From Catajapyx aquilonaris (Eukaryota), in assembly GCA_000934665.2 (NCBI GenBank), contig KZ537959.1:62001-126000 (forward strand): 64,000 nt of DNA. Direction: 5' to 3'. Below are positions 13,201 through 27,888 of the stretch, piece by piece (positions within the stretch are counted from its first letter, which is position 1; each line of letters begins with the position of its first letter). The notes under the pieces were generated by a model. It did no database searches and had not been told where the DNA came from. It worked only from the letters and a program-made list of their open reading frames with translations. The position numbers were made by a program, and so were the translations under genes.

Positions 13201-16200
13201 TGGAAGCTGCCCTCGTTGCATATAACCAGTGGTGGCGTCTCTTTTGTGGCGACAAGAAGCACTGCGCATTACAGTGTGCTTAGGCAATTCTGGGGACTGC
13301 CTGGAACGGCTGGGAAATGGCCGAGGGAGAAACATCCTGGGGGACAGTGTTGCTCTCTGGCTCCCAAGATATAGGAAACGGTATAGTTTGGCCATCTGGG
13401 CCGCTTTCTGTATGTCTAGGAGAGGCGTAAAAGCATGCGTGGCCATTCGCGACGGGAAAGAGAGCAACCCTTGTCCCTCAGTGTTGCTCTTTGCCAGTGT
13501 CCCCAGAGGTCGGACGACTAAAGCTTTATGATCCAGGGCTGCACCTCGCCGGCCGCCGCCCCCACCTCCCATGCCCATCCGCCCCAGCCAGCATCATTCG
13601 CGCCTCACATTTCCGACTGAAATGCACGTGCCGTTGGAAAATCCTCCGGGACCATAAAAGCGGAACACATCCGTGGATATTTCGCTTAAGAGAGATTTTG
13701 GCTGGGAACGAGCTGCACAGCGTGCTTGCTTATGTGCATGCCTAGATTTCTCCCCGTGCCAGCGCCGACACGGACTTGCCATGTTTCTGACGTGAAACTG
13801 GCAAGAAGTGTACTGTACGCTTAGCAACGGGAGGGGATGGTGTTTTTCGGGTCTGTCTAAGCTCTAAGGGAATGGCCAGGAGCAATTTAATGGCATAACT
13901 GCATGCAAATGTAATATTGTTGCAGAGATGGCGTGTAACGGAATCATTTGTTTGTCTCTGCTTGGTAGTGTTTTTACTTCAAAATACGAACAGGATATGG
14001 GTATACCTGTACACCAAAAACACAAGATGCTTGGATAGGAAATATATCATTTTATTGCAATTTGCACACATCTCGTGGAAATCGTGTTGCGTGGCTGACA
14101 GGAGTGGAAAGGAGTGGAAGAATGATAATGTAGTTTTGTTGGAATATAATTAATTTTTGGATTTTGTTTTAGCTGCTCATTATTTTTGAAAACTGAATAT
14201 ATTGATTACCCTGTTTATCATGCTTATCTTGCTATATTAAAAATACTTATGAAGCAGTGGATCTATAAGCCTTTTGATCAGTGTGCCCAGGTTGCGTGAT
14301 TTTTTGATCTTGTCAACTACTTTTACACTGGCCTTTTTGAAGGATGCTGAATGACTATTCTTTATTGACTTGGCACCTCTTTCTATGCGTTACATAGACT
14401 AGGTTTTTGATTTGACATTGGCGCTTTGACTGCTAACTGGTTCGGAAAGATTCCCGTGATTCATGAATGGAGATGGCAGCACTCCGAGAGGAATTGTTTT
14501 ATTATTGGGTCCCCTTTCTCGCGAAGAGTAATATTGATATTCATCATTGTCGCAGTGATTAATAGTCACCATAGTAATCAAATGGCGTGCGTGAATCACG
14601 CGTCGCAGTTTTACGACATTTTCGTGGGATATAAACGAACGATTACATCAACGGAGGTGGCGCCCTGGCGAGTCGATAGTTATATAGGAAAAGGAAGTCC
14701 TCGTGGAGTTCTGTTTGAAAGCATCTGGATGTCTGATGGTGCAGAAGGAGCAGCAGTATCTATCCAGCAGCAGAAGCAGCAAACATTGGCTGAGAGAGTG
14801 ACCCAGATATTGGTATTCCGATTGACTCTCTGAAGGCAGCCATGCACCTTTTCAACTACACAACTTTGCCCATCACTGCCAACGCCTCTATTTTGTCCTG
14901 AGGTGGCTCCATTTAGCATTGCGGAAACTTTTCAATGGTTGTACATAATGCCCCTCAAGGCGCGTATGTGTCTCAGCGATAGGGATGAATGTCAGCTGCT
15001 GCGGCAGCTTACGGCGGCCTAATGATGCACTTGAATTAGGAAATTCTGCGCTTGCGGCATGTTGAATTTACGCTTGATACGAGCGGCATAGCTTGCGCAT
15101 GGAACTTGTATGGCGAGATAGTAATCACTTCCCTCCGTTTACATAAAGATTGTGAGCTGGCGTGCGATAAAGAACTTTCACGTACGCAGTTACTATTAAC
15201 CTACTTGGTTAATTCAGCCATGTGAATGAACCTCTCTCAAGTACACTGTGAAACCAAAAGCCGTCTGTCAAGATAAGGAAATTCAGACTTCAGGTATATA
15301 CAGCTTCAGAGCTGGGCTTATCAATTTTGACATTCTGTCCATTCTATGCACAGTATATCATTTCAGAAAAAAATAAAAAAATATGTCTATTGCGGTTACC
15401 TCTTCACTGCACCTCTGGACACTTCTATGCGAAAGGAGATTTGCCACGAGGGCTTCCTCTCTGGCTGTATCAGGTCTATGTGTGTTGCAATGTTGCGACG
15501 TTGCGAGGATCACAGCTCGGCGAGGTTATTACATTTTGATCACATTCTACCCTCTATGCCAGTAAGCCTTATTGCCCAGCTGCTTCATGTTATTGAGAAA
15601 TGATTACTGCGGGCTTTACGACCGCTTTCCTGTGTACTTTTGGTGAGGGACAGCGCTGCATATGCTGGCTCATAATAAATGGATGAGCAGAGTTTGAAAA
15701 AGTGCCAGTGTCTCGTGTGATGCGACCTTGTTAGCCTGCTGGCTCTAATGCCAGTGTTTTAATTTTTAAAGCTTCTCTCCGCTGCCCATTGGGTGTATAA
15801 TATTGATGGTACACGACGTTGGTAATAGGGTGTTGGTATAAATCGTAAGAGTTGCACCAATGAGCGGCTTTGTAATGATCATAACAGTGGTAAAACCGAA
15901 ACAATTGGCATTATGCGGGCATTGATTTTTCGTTATTTGCCTTTTTGTGTTTAAAAAAAGTGGGGCTGCTTCTTGGGCTGATGATACTCTGTGGGTATAG
16001 GAAGGAAACTGCTCAACCATAATGCGGGGAGAATGTGTTAGTGTAACTGCATGCTGCGTACGAGGGTTGTGGGAAGAATGCTATGCTAGTATTTGTAGAT
16101 AGAATGTGTGTAAATTGGAACGCGGCGTGTTCCACCTCTCCCAAACAGCCCTTCCCCACAACACAACGCACTGAAAATGAATAGTCTAATTGGTATGGTT

Positions 16201-17206
16201 GCCTGGGAGGTCCCGCAGGACCTTGCTCCGGATTTTATTGACAAATTATGCATCGTCAGTGGTGATTATTAGCTATTTTGAGGGCACCATCCTCAATGAC
16301 TGTGGTGGTACAGGGGTCAGTGTTGGCATGACCAAACCCAAACGTGACATGGGAGTATTATCCCCTACGGCATTATGCTGAAGATTCGGTGACACATAAC
16401 ATCTCCCCACACTCCCTCCACCAGAAAACTAGTGAAACTGGACTCATCCTTTTTCCACTTACCCGTTTAATAGACTTTCACTTTCGATAGTCATTCGTTC
16501 CAACAACATTCCAGACAAAAATTCGATGAGTACAGGTCTTCCCGAGCTTCTTCGTATACACATAGAGGTACTCGTTTATTGTGGTTGAAACCAGCTGGTA
16601 CACTACCTCAAATGCTCTGAAGGATATATCACTCTTTAAAATCAGAAATTTTGCAATTCTTGAACATGTTATCGAAGTCGCTGACTCTGTTTTATTGAGC
16701 GCTGTTTTATTTTCATTGTTTTAATAGGTATATTTATGATGAGGGTAGACCACCATGTTTACAGAATTGCATTAGGTGCACTAATTTTGGCGTTTAGTGA
16801 AATCACCCATTTAATACCGTTAACCGGTATAGGCCATCGAGTGCTGGAATCACCCATGTCCTGTTTATCATTTAAAAACAAATCAATATGTTAATCATAC
16901 ACTCTGTTACCTTTCCCATTCTTTTTGAGAATGGTAATGCTATGAATCATATCATACATTTTACTAAAATGCAGAAATTGCGAGAAGCGTGACATAATGA
17001 ACCATTATGATTTTTAGAAACAACCAATTATGTAAGGCAGCGAGAAAAATGATGGTTTTTAAAAATCGGACTGTTCATTGTTGTTGATAGGTGGTTCTTT
17101 GCATCTACTCTAGCAACTCTCCAGCAGTTGCACTTGGCATTGCCCATAACCAGGAAAGACGAATGTGCGGCCGTAAATTTGACTTTGTGTCCTCTTTTGC
17201 TCTCAG

Positions 17207-17358
17207 GACTCGGAAGGAGACACTCCTTTGCACGACGCCATTTCGAAGAAGAGGGATGACATGCTGACCCTGCTGCTGGACCACAACGCTGACATTACTC
17301 TTACCAACAACAACGGGTTCAACGCTCTGCACCACGCTGCTCTTCGTGGAAATCCTAG
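17207..17358 (+). CDS. mib1: Internal coding exon of E3 ubiquitin ligase Mind bomb 1 (ankyrin-repeat region), 152 nt, phase 0 start and phase 2 end
   Basis: Translates to [50 protein letters not shown](S). From memory this is nearly identical to vertebrate MIB1 [51 protein letters not shown]. Canonical acceptor tttgtgtcctcttttgctctcAG (AG 17205-17206) and donor AG|GTAAGA (GT 17359-17360). The ORF track shows only its antisense shadow, 17105..17335. Confidence 0.96.
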
Positions 17359-20300
17359 GTAAGATTATGTTTTTGGTATTAAAAGCCGGAATCGTCTCGT
17401 AAAAGTTCGGTAAAATAACAACAGTGTATACAGTACTTCACAAGAAAAAAAGAGTTTAGCACAGTATACACCGTATAACGTGATAAAGTCTTGCTGATAA
17501 TCATGTTCAAATCAATCAAATCACGCCTGGAGCTACGCTCGATTCCTCTCGCTTTATTCAAGCCGAAGCCGACCATCAATGAGCCCTGATTAGCTCCGCA
17601 TAACTCGGCAGTTTTCGACAAAAAAAAAAAAACTTAGCGTTTCCAATATGCCCCCNCCCCCCCCCCCCCCCCCACGTCGCGTCGTTCCGTCGCGAAAAGG
17701 TAAGCGGATTAGAAGAACTCCATGTGAACGCGTGAAATTTTGGCCTCGCAGCGATTGACATGCGGAATGCACACTTGCTGCTTTCACCGGACTCGATTTG
17801 CATCTAAATAAACTGCCTTGGGGAAGTAGGGAAGGTGGTGGGAGAGGAGGAGAAGGGTGGTCTAATTACCCATGTTGCGAATGAAGGGGAGGGGAAAAAA
17901 AAGGTCTTGCTTGAACGGATTTGTCGTTCTCTCCTTCTCTCGCCATTTGGCGGCGGAAAAATAGGTAGGTGCAGTTTGGGGGTTGGCAGATCACGCCGTT
18001 CGCTCCGGATTATTGCGCGGCCAGGCTTTGAATCCGCCAAGGGGACTCGAGTAAAGGGGGAGAATTAGCCATCTTTTCCAAGTTTTCACTGCAATTTATG
18101 AGCCTTCCCGCGGGATAATAGTTTGGGAGAAAAGCACCCCCTTTTCGCCCCTGCCTTTTTTTTCTGGCTTGTTCCCCAAGCTGCCTCAGCCTAATGGCTC
18201 AGTCTAGTGCACAACTTTTCCTTTTTTTAGAAACATTCACCAAGAAGTATCGCCACTGGACTTTATTTTAATCGATTTAATCAATCATCGGGGCGGGCGA
18301 TTGAATTTGAGGCTATTCCCCGGTGCAGCGCCGTTTACTGAAATGGCACCCGGATACACAGTGGACTCGGAAAATAAATCGTAGCCGGAGCTAATCCTAT
18401 GGGATTTCATTCCGCGTAAAGTTTCGATTTATGGCAATCAAACGTGCAAGTTACGGCTGACGTGTAAAACCGACCGTTGCGGAAAACACCTCTTCTGATT
18501 GACTGTCGCCGGTGCTGATGGAGTGGTTTCCAAAACAGGTTGTTAGTGGCACAAAGTACTGCATATATACAGGGCACACTATTTCAGGCTTGACGTTGGC
18601 GGGGGTTGGCATTCCGGTGAAGAGGTGGCGTGGACGGTAATGGGACTGTCCGCGCCATCTCTTCTGCTTGACCCGGACAATTAGTCCATGGGTCAGGATT
18701 AATTGGTGAAGAATATACTATACAAGGGGACTGGAGAACTGCACCCAATTTACATGTCAAGAAAACTTTCCGCATGTTACGAGTAACCCTATTATATTAA
18801 AACACCGCTCCGTAGCTTCAAGGTGCAGCTTTAAAAAATGCTAATGTTGTAAGCAAAGAATGTTCGCTTAATTTTACGGGTCCTGGTCACATCATTTGAC
18901 GGTATAACCAATGTTGTTGGCCCGAGTCGTCCCTGGTATTTTCTCATACGGGGAAAAGTGTCTGGAGTTTGGTGATCTCATAACTTTATAAGTATCAAGG
19001 CGGCGACAGCAGCCTTCCTCTTTTTCATTTACCCCTTGGCGGAAGAATGTATTGCCGGACCCTGTTTTCAGCCGACATGCCTGCGACAAGCGAAGCAAAA
19101 ATGCAATTAGTGCAAATTGGCAGTAAAGTTGCGAGACTAGTGGGCCATTTGCAAGGGGTGGGGGGCATGAAGGAGGGGGGGGGGGTACTATGACCTCCTT
19201 TGGCATCCCCTATTCCCTCTGCCGGTGCCCCTCCCCCACTTTTGTCTGTTCTGAAAAGGAGGGATTATCCTCCCCAACGTGCTTTTTAAGCAGGTTTCCT
19301 AATGACATCGCTTTTAATCGGATTGGGCCTTAATTGGAAGAGAATTAGGCAAGTGCCGCGGGTCAATTGCCGGGGCTAGTTGTCTTAAGGGCCGTGAGGG
19401 GTAAAGAGGTGGGGGATGGGGGAGTGCAGATTAGCAAGACTAGGGCTCGTCTGAAGAGATGCTGTATACTCCCCGCTGGTAGGAGGTTCGCGGAAGAAAG
19501 CTGCTGGCTAAGCATTTACCGGGTGGGCCGATGATGTATGGAGCAAGTTGCGAGGCGGGCGCAAGTTTTCCGCACGAAAAGTAAAGTTGAAAATCAGCAC
19601 AAAAATTAATCCGGCTGAAGGGGGAGTTGGGGTTGGGGTGTGGGGGGGAGAGAGAAAAAGAGGCTTTGAAACCTCGGGGAGGCTAATAAAGTGCTATGGG
19701 ACTGAGGGAAGGGGGTGAGGTACTGGGGGATTCCTTATCTGGCCGCGCTAAGGAATCCGCGGAATTAGACGTGATCCATGCAATTGAGGCCAACAGGCTG
19801 CTATCGTGTGTCGCATGCGAAGACTGCTCGATGGATCCAACGGGTAATTAGCCTGCGAAATGAAGCGCCTTTTTTTCCCCTCTCGTTTCCGGCTCTCTCT
19901 TTTCTTCCTAGTTCCTTTTTTTTTCTCTCTTTTCTTTTTCCAACGGCCCAAGTTTGGGAATGAGACTCGGGAGGGATCGCACTTTTCTTCTTGTTCTCCT
20001 TTCCTCGTTCCTTTGGAGGTCTTTTCTCTCTCCTTGGGTCGATAAAGACGGGTTGGAGGGTGGCTGCTGATCGGCACCTCGTACTATCCGCCATCTCCTT
20101 TTAGCAATTTGGAGATAATCGACAGGTCTAAGTCACTTCCAGGTCCAGAGAAACGGGTGTAGCCTCTCAATGCAACACAGGGCTTTCATCGGGGAGGTTT
20201 ATACAGTTGGTAATGCGCGGGGAAAATCCATTTACGTATCAATCTTTGGGAGTCAGGTGAGGCACAGTTTCTGTAACACTGAAAATTGAATTGAGAATTT

Positions 20301-23300
20301 AATGTTGCACAGAAAGCAAAATAAAAGCGTGGCGGGCTGTTTTCCTTTTTATAGATTTTCAACCGGTGGAAGAACTGGAAGCAAACAATGTAGCCGATTC
20401 GGCACAAATTGATTTCTTGGGTCAAAATTGTAACGTAGATATAATGAGCCATTGCTAAATCTGAGACTTTTCCATTTTGCAAGTACTAATTATATTGAAG
20501 TGGATGAAAGATTGTTAGAGCAGTGGGATATTACCCTGCTTATTATACTGACTAGATTCGATGTAAATCTGAGCCGACACTCTGAGAATCATGGGCATAT
20601 GATTAATTCATATACAATATTCATATACAATGCTTTACTTCAGCATACGCCATGAGTAATATGACATCAACATTACTATACACCTCGATTCACTAGTCTA
20701 CTCAGGCTGACATTTCGCATGCAACGGGATTAGAGAGAAAGTAAATATTAATAGACCTATTAAAGTAATTATAGTTCCTCCGCCCACCTATCTGCATTGT
20801 AAAAATAGCCGATTTCAAAAGCAGAGTGGCATTTCCAGGAGGATTCTCAGTTGAGCAGACACAGAAGCAAACGACGATGCACTGTTATTTGAATGAAGGA
20901 TGTCCGTGGAGTTTTACTTGAGTGTTGATTTTTTTTGGAACATTCTTGAGAAACCCTTGCAGATAATTGGGAAGTACTGGTGAAGGAGGCCGTTTGGCTT
21001 CTCCCATTAGGACGTAGTAGTCAATCAGGTGACCTGAGTAGATCTGTAACTATTCTACTCCCACTTCCCCCAATTCAGGTTATGAAACAATGTAAACAGG
21101 CTGAGGTGCCTACACCAGACGCAACGTAGGCCTACACTTCTCAATGCTAGGTAACGGAAATGAAAAAAAATGGGGAAATGGGATGAAATGCAGCTGATTT
21201 GGCAATGTCCACTTCAAATTTTTCTGATTAATATGACCTGTTGCAATGGGAACTCGGTTACAGCTGCTTAGTCTTCTAGTTATTTGAGGCTAATGAGCTT
21301 ATGGGACTTACAAGTTAGTGACATAAGCAAATTATTATATACCTCATGTTTTGTATTTAGGAGACACACTTGAACAGTGTAAGGAAATAGTAGCCTATAG
21401 TATTTAATACAGTAGCATATGTCGCTTTGTTCATTTTGCATGGCATGGCTTCAAGGTATATAGAAAGCATAAGATTTGTGTCCACTTGCTATTGCCAATT
21501 GTGTATGTGGACAAGGACAATGGACTTTGTAAGAAATCAGTGAGAAAAGATCGCTTGTTGAATCCGTTGTAAAAAAGAAATCGCTTTGCAATCTTTCTGC
21601 AGCAGTGCGGAAATCAATGGCTATCACTTGAGTAACACAGGTGCCGTGAATGGTTTTGTTGAACTGGGTGTGATTTCAAGTGCTCATGGGCCTCTTCTGC
21701 GGAATATGTGGGCTGATTGAGCATTTCTTGCCAGGCTTTTTGGGCGGGTTTAGAGCCCAAGGCAGATTGGCGGGCCAGCAACAACACGGCTCCTCTGTTT
21801 TGTAATGGCTGTCGGCAGCGCTACTCAAATGTTTATGTGGACGCCTCTGTAGTTGTCGGCTTGGCCTCCAGATAATTCCCCGCTTTTAAGCGAATTGCGT
21901 CCCTTCACCACTTTGTTGCCTTTATGATTTTTCCCCCCAACACCGATTCATTTACCTTTCTCCCGATTTATGACTGTCCAAAGCGACGCGTGCAATGCTA
22001 AAGGACTGATGTGGGACGGGGAAAAAATTAAATATATACACCTAAAAAACGGGGCACCGGCAAGCCCACATGTTCACACAGAGGGATACATTTAAAAAGT
22101 TGCGACTGTGAAATACTTTGATGGCGCTTGGCGTGCTGATGGGAAAAGCCCGGTTTTTACATTGATTTTCTCCCCGGAAAAAGAAGAGGAAAAAACAGTT
22201 GGGCTGGGCAGAGTGTGACACACGTCGCGTCAACCTGCCCCATAAAGACTTGCATCGGGGCCCAACTTTTCAGGCCGTTAGGTCATTTCACTTTGCCAGG
22301 AGTAAACTTTGTGATATGATGGAGAGAGGGACAAAGGGAAGGGAATCCATGCGGATGCCAATTCTTGCCGGGGATGTATGAAACATTAAACCCGCATCAT
22401 AACCAACAACAGTATTATGGTTGAAGGAGAAAGAAGAATGGAGTTTTATGGAAGCGGGAAATGACTATAAGTGTTGGCCTCTCTATTACGGGGGAGGGAT
22501 ATACTGTATACCGGGTGGGCACATGCCCATTCAAAAGAGCGCACCTGTGCTTTGTGTTATGGGAACTCATTTTGTTCTGCAGCAGGTTCTAAAATTAGAT
22601 TTGATGGAACATTTTAAAAACTTCCCATTCTTCTGCCGCCATACCCGCTGTTAAGAGAACGTGTTTGTGGCGCATAGCCCACAGCGATTTCTCCAAGTGA
22701 CGGTAACTAATCTCTATGAACACAAGCATGAGACGCCGCGCCTCCAGGAATGTTAGCAATCGCCCAAGTGAAGCAATCAATTAATGAAGTCAGTGATCAC
22801 TACGACCGTCGTGGAATAGCTAATTTAGAGTGCAAACTTTAACATTATGTCAAGGGAGGAGGAGGAGGAGGAGAACTGTGTAGTTGGCATATATATGATC
22901 CTTGCATGTGAACGCGTTGAAGTACTGTATGTGCTGTTAATTTCGAGTGTCGTCATCACCTTTTTTTTAGTATTGCAGTTTTTGGTACTCCTCTTGGGCC
23001 TAAGTTGACGTCGCTCTTTGATTATAGTTGCAATGTCCCACTGATTTTTGCCATAGTAGAGCTTGTTGATTTAGAATTTCATAGGCAATGCGGATATGAT
23101 GGAGTATAGGCCCTGCCGGGTTGTCTCGCATCAGGTAAATTTGAATGGATGCTTCAATGTGGGCGAACATGCCCAGGAAGTGTGTGATTACCTCCAGTCT
23201 TAGAATGTGGAAAATATTTCCAGCCTGGTCCAAGCAGGGATCCCTTGGGGACAGCCTTTGTTTGGGAAGTCGGTTGGCTCAGTCTTTCGCGACTGATTCG

Positions 23301-23495
23301 TTTCCGCTTGGCCTGCTGCGACAGCATCTTCTTGGAGCGCTTTGGGCCACCGTGGCATCAGTATAGCATCCAGAATTGGCAATGCTGGAAAAGAGCGAAC
23401 TATTGTGCTCAGCTTCCTTGCTTCTATAGAGAAGTGTCTGGTGTGTTGAGCCGGAAAGCGATTCTTTCTACGACTGCGGAGCAGATTTGCCCCCT

Positions 23496-23512
23496 NNNNN
23501 NNNNNNNNNNNN
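23496..23512. other. Assembly gap (17 N) in a poly-C context
   Basis: N run flanked by C tracts. Single Ns at 17656 and 62654 are also in C/G homopolymers, so those tract lengths are unreliable. Confidence 0.95.
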
Positions 23513-26500
23513 CCCCCCAGCAGGCGGACTTAAGTGTCTTTCTCCCCCGGAGCCCGATTATGACCTGCCTCGTAGTACTGTCTAAGAAGATCATTTTGTT
23601 AGGCCGACTGGAATATGTCGCACGGGCCAGCGATGATCAAGTGTCGGGATTCAAAACGATCTGCCTTGGGGGAATCCCCGTCTAACCATTTGGGAGCATT
23701 AATTTCCTCCCTATGGTCCAAAGGTCTGGAAGGCAGCTTTTCTCTCCAGCGGGAGAGAGGCTCAAAGTTGACGTCAGGCAGCTGCAGCGTGTCGGTCGTG
23801 CGCTATACTCATGATTTTGCTGTCGGTCAGATGAGCCTCGATGGAAGGGTTATATTGATTCTGCCCGCATTTTGAAGCCTAACGAATGCCTTTGTTGATG
23901 CAGTCGATTTCGTGCCATTGTCGGTGTGTTGATTGAAGGCAGCTGCAATTGGTGCTGGTGGCCCACGCTTTAGCTGGTCGCGGTAGGCTCCATTTTTCAT
24001 CCCACGGGCGATGGAATCTCGCTGGCTGGCTGGCAGAGGTTAGGTGGCGCCTTGCTGCAAACTCCAGAAGGTGCTTGCTGTCCGCTTAGATAGATGAACC
24101 TTACCGCGTCATCTGTCCAAGAATGTTGCAAATTGCGTCCGCCCGGTGGCAGCGATTTATTATTTAGCTAGTGCAAAACGCGGGTCTTTTGGCAGGTGGA
24201 GGAGAGAGAGAAGCTGCGGTTAGTTGGTCGGTCGGTTGGCTGGCTGGCTTGCTGCTGGGTTGGTTTGTCCAACCAGCCAGTGCTTGCATGGGACTGAAAA
24301 CGAGCGTATTATTTTAATTAAAAGCGGGAGAAAGGAGGAGCGCCGAGAGGGAAAATGGGTGTATACCCAGAAGCAGTCGACCGGGGGGCATTATCCAAGT
24401 CACTGGGAGGAAATGGCGATAAACGAAGCGTCGTTCTTTGCAGACTTTTGGGCCACAGAGCGAAACGTAGAGATAGATGGATGATGGGTCAGGCGGGGAG
24501 GGGAGCGACTAGCTAATGCGAGCAGGCGAAGCAGGCTTTGGCGTCGCTGGCGTCGGAGGACAACATCGTGCGGAGAGATGAAAGTCCTTTGTGAATGCCT
24601 GTCAAATGCCCCAATAGCCCGCCCACAATAAGGCCCAAATTGTGTGTCCCTTTGCAGCCGGCTTTTCATCCAGATTCTACGCATGGATGGCAGTTAGCGA
24701 GAAGGCCGGCCTATCTCTCTGCTATATGACTTGGGCGCACAATGCATTGCACCCACAATTTGTCTACCGGAACAGGCCATGACCATCATGGTCCAAGTCG
24801 GAGGCGGCCAACTTATCACGTTTTCCCCTCTTTTCACTTTTTTTTACGACCTTCCCACGGATGGAAATATGAACGACAGGCGCCGAGCCGTCGAACTTGT
24901 TGCTGCCTACTCCTTTTGTGCTTGAGCGGATGATTCGAGCGGGGTGGCGGGGGTTGAGCCTGTATCAGCAGCTCCTGGCCGACAAAAGGCTCCGTGTCGT
25001 GTCACATCGGGGTGCAATCTCCCGCTGAATGTGCGTGGCTTGCAACCCCCGCTGCCGCCTCCGCCGCCTCGCAGCACGTTATCGTCCGTCTAGCTGAACC
25101 GTGTCAGGGAAATTACCAGTGCACTGCGCAGATAATAATTGTCGCGGACAGGTGTAGATTTCGCAAGCAGCTAATTAAAGATAGGGTATAGTTTGAGGGG
25201 GGGAGAGCTGGGGCTGAGCGCTGCCGGTATCATTACGGGACTGTACACTATAACACTGACAACTGAGTCTGCAAATCCCGGCGCAGCATTCCGGATGATC
25301 GGGAGGCACGCCACCTGTCCTAGCTAGGCTACTAGCTGGCTAGGTTTGGCCATGGAAGCAGCCGGAATTAATGTCATGCCGCATGTGGCGACATAAAAGT
25401 GGGCGCAGTCACGAGAGCCGACGACCCCCTGCAGCCTGGCTTGTTGTCAGCTCGGATACGATTAGCCGGCTTGCTGATGCCAATGAGAGTGAGCTAACTG
25501 TAGCAGTCCAAGCGGCGCCTTTTTTTTTATCCGAAGAAGAATCCCCAATTTTTTTCTATTTTTATTTTGATATCATGGTGCCTTGTCGGGCTGGCGGCTG
25601 CCATCCCCAGTTTTCAAAAGGGGCTGTCGGAAATGGGAAAGAAAGAAAAGGCGCATCGGAGTCAGATTCACTTTGTGCAAGCCTGCTTTCTCTCAATCGC
25701 GAAGGAAGGGAGGTTTTTATTCCATACCTTGCTACAAGAGGGCGTGCCTGCCTATGCGGCATAGTCCTCTGCTCCATTGCAGGCATCTGGCCTGTGATTT
25801 AGCGGCCCCTCGAGGAAAATTCGGCCCCTCCCAATATCAGGCCCTCGCTCCACCAATCATTTGCTTGCAACATGTTATGAATTTCCACTTGGAGCCATCA
25901 GTTGGGTTTACTTTCGCCTTCTTTAGCTCCATAGTCTTGAAGCTACTCGGTAGTCTAGCATTACCAGCACGGGATAGCGAGGAAAAAAAATAGCAGTTTC
26001 GGTAGTATAGTGAGTTAACTCTTGAACGCGAGGGCCAGAGAGCATGTCTAGGAGACTAGAGATATTTTTCGAATGGTGTGGCCTACAGAGAGAGCCTGGA
26101 AAACGTGTCTGGAGACGCAATTTATTAGAGTGGGACGGCACAGTGACGGCCCCGCACTATTAGTGTGCAAATGGCTGGGCGGTAATGTAGTCCCGGGGAA
26201 TTATCATTATCCCGCCATATTGGTTTGGATGTGCATAGGCATTATGTAAAAGCGGCGGGTGGAAAGAGCCCGTTGTCCTCATTGAATTCCATTATTTTTG
26301 AAGCTTACATCGCAATAACGAAACCAATGAATTTGCATTGTGAGTTCACTAGCCCAGCACTGCGAAGGGACGGCCTGCAATTGGAAATGTTTCGGGTCGC
26401 GGATGAAATTGCCTTTTCCGGCCGGATAATCCGGAAAAGGGGGTCGGGGTGGGTGCGGGGCTGAGGGCAAAAATTGGCTCTGCTGAGCTGTACCACTGCT

Positions 26501-27319
26501 GCTGCCTTTTGTACGCTGTGGTAATTATAATTACCAGATTCTTCCAGTCTCGACCCGGATTTTTTTGTCCTTTTTAAGGGTGGAAGTGAGTTCCGGAAGC
26601 CAAATAAATCTCTGAGAGCCGAGGATGGGACGAAATTCAATTAATCGATCTCGTGACATTTCTAATCGAGTGTGAAAGATTTCCTTCTAATCAATATTGA
26701 TGACGGAATTTTCCATCCGGGCTGTCAAGTTCTGGAGGTCTCCTTGTCCCTGGGAATTAAGCGCAAGTGCTTTCTGCTTATACGGCGAAAGGACGGGATT
26801 TCGTGTAAAGGCCAGCTTTTCCAGCAGTCAAACCCATCATTCGCCATTTATTAGAAGCACAGTGTGGATACAGGATAGATCTAAAGCGTTTTATATTTAG
26901 TCGTGTCTTGCGGTCGGCATGGGATTTATTGTTGTACCAGTTGCAGGCATAACGTGAGGTTGGACCATTTGGTATGTTTTAAAATTGAGGGCCACGCCAA
27001 CCGTGTCGCGGCTTGACTGTATATCACTACCTCTAATGGTGTCCATATACAACGTTGTATCCAATCTTACTACGCCGGTCGAGAGAATGGTGGAATAATC
27101 CACTCGGAGAGCTTAGTCTTATGGTTTGGCCATTGATTCATTGTCGAAGTTGTTGTAAAACTGCAGGCCTTTGCATTATTGTAGGTCTCATTTTGTGATT
27201 TCTTAATTAACTGCCTCGTTTTTTTGTTGTGATATTTTAACCATCATGTCCGGAATTTGTGTCGTAATAGGTGTGGAGGTCAGCGACGTGATTCAGGGGT
27301 GGTTTACCAAATATCTTAA

Positions 27320-27346
27320 AACAACAACAACAACAACAACAACAAC
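27320..27346. repeat. (AAC)9 microsatellite
   Basis: Direct read; may be an orphan retroposon tail. Confidence 0.9.
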
Positions 27347-27888
27347 ACACGAATAAACTACTTGTCTCATACCAATTCGATATCTACCGCACTGAAATTT
27401 TATTCGTAGCCACACATGTTCTGAAAATGGGAACCTTCAAGTTGTAAAATCCTGTGGTATTGGATTTATGGTGAAACTACATAAGTGCGGGACGACGCAA
27501 GTCAGGGTATGAATGTTTACCACGGAATTTATTATACACCGATTATGAGTCTGTTTAGCCCCGAAAATGTCTCCGAGGGCACTTTGCACATAATGAAGTC
27601 TTCTAAACAGGCCTGTTTCATTGTATAGTGAAGGAATTATTTAGCGTACTAGGTTGCTTTGTGTATAGTTTATGTACGATTGCGAGAAGTAGATCAAATC
27701 AATAGTTACCGTAATGATGCTGCAGTGGCATTATTATACTGTATTAAATTTGGCTAAAAGTCCATGTCAGCTGCTGACATCTGCGAATTTCGATTGATAG
27801 GGAGGAGGTCCATAAATTTAGTCAACTTTAGGAATGCGGCCAAGAACGTTCCTGTGAATAAGAGATGATAGCTCCAAATTTATACATA

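Larger units (their letters stand above)
1..17206 (+). other. mib1: 3' part of the mib1 intron upstream of the exon (over 17.2 kb)
   Basis: The expected preceding peptide (DKDGDRAVHHAAFGDE...HPSLQ) was not seen in the ORF track or by eye upstream of the acceptor. Confidence 0.8.

Noticed and set aside
17105..17335. 76-aa minus-strand ORF
   Set aside because: Antisense shadow of the mib1 exon.
16700..21156. Other AG|GT juxtapositions (16727 TAG|GTATAT, 17090 TAG|GTGGTT, 21078 CAG|GTTATG, 21150 TAG|GTAACG)
   Set aside because: Either the regenerated donor or the pyrimidine tract is weak.
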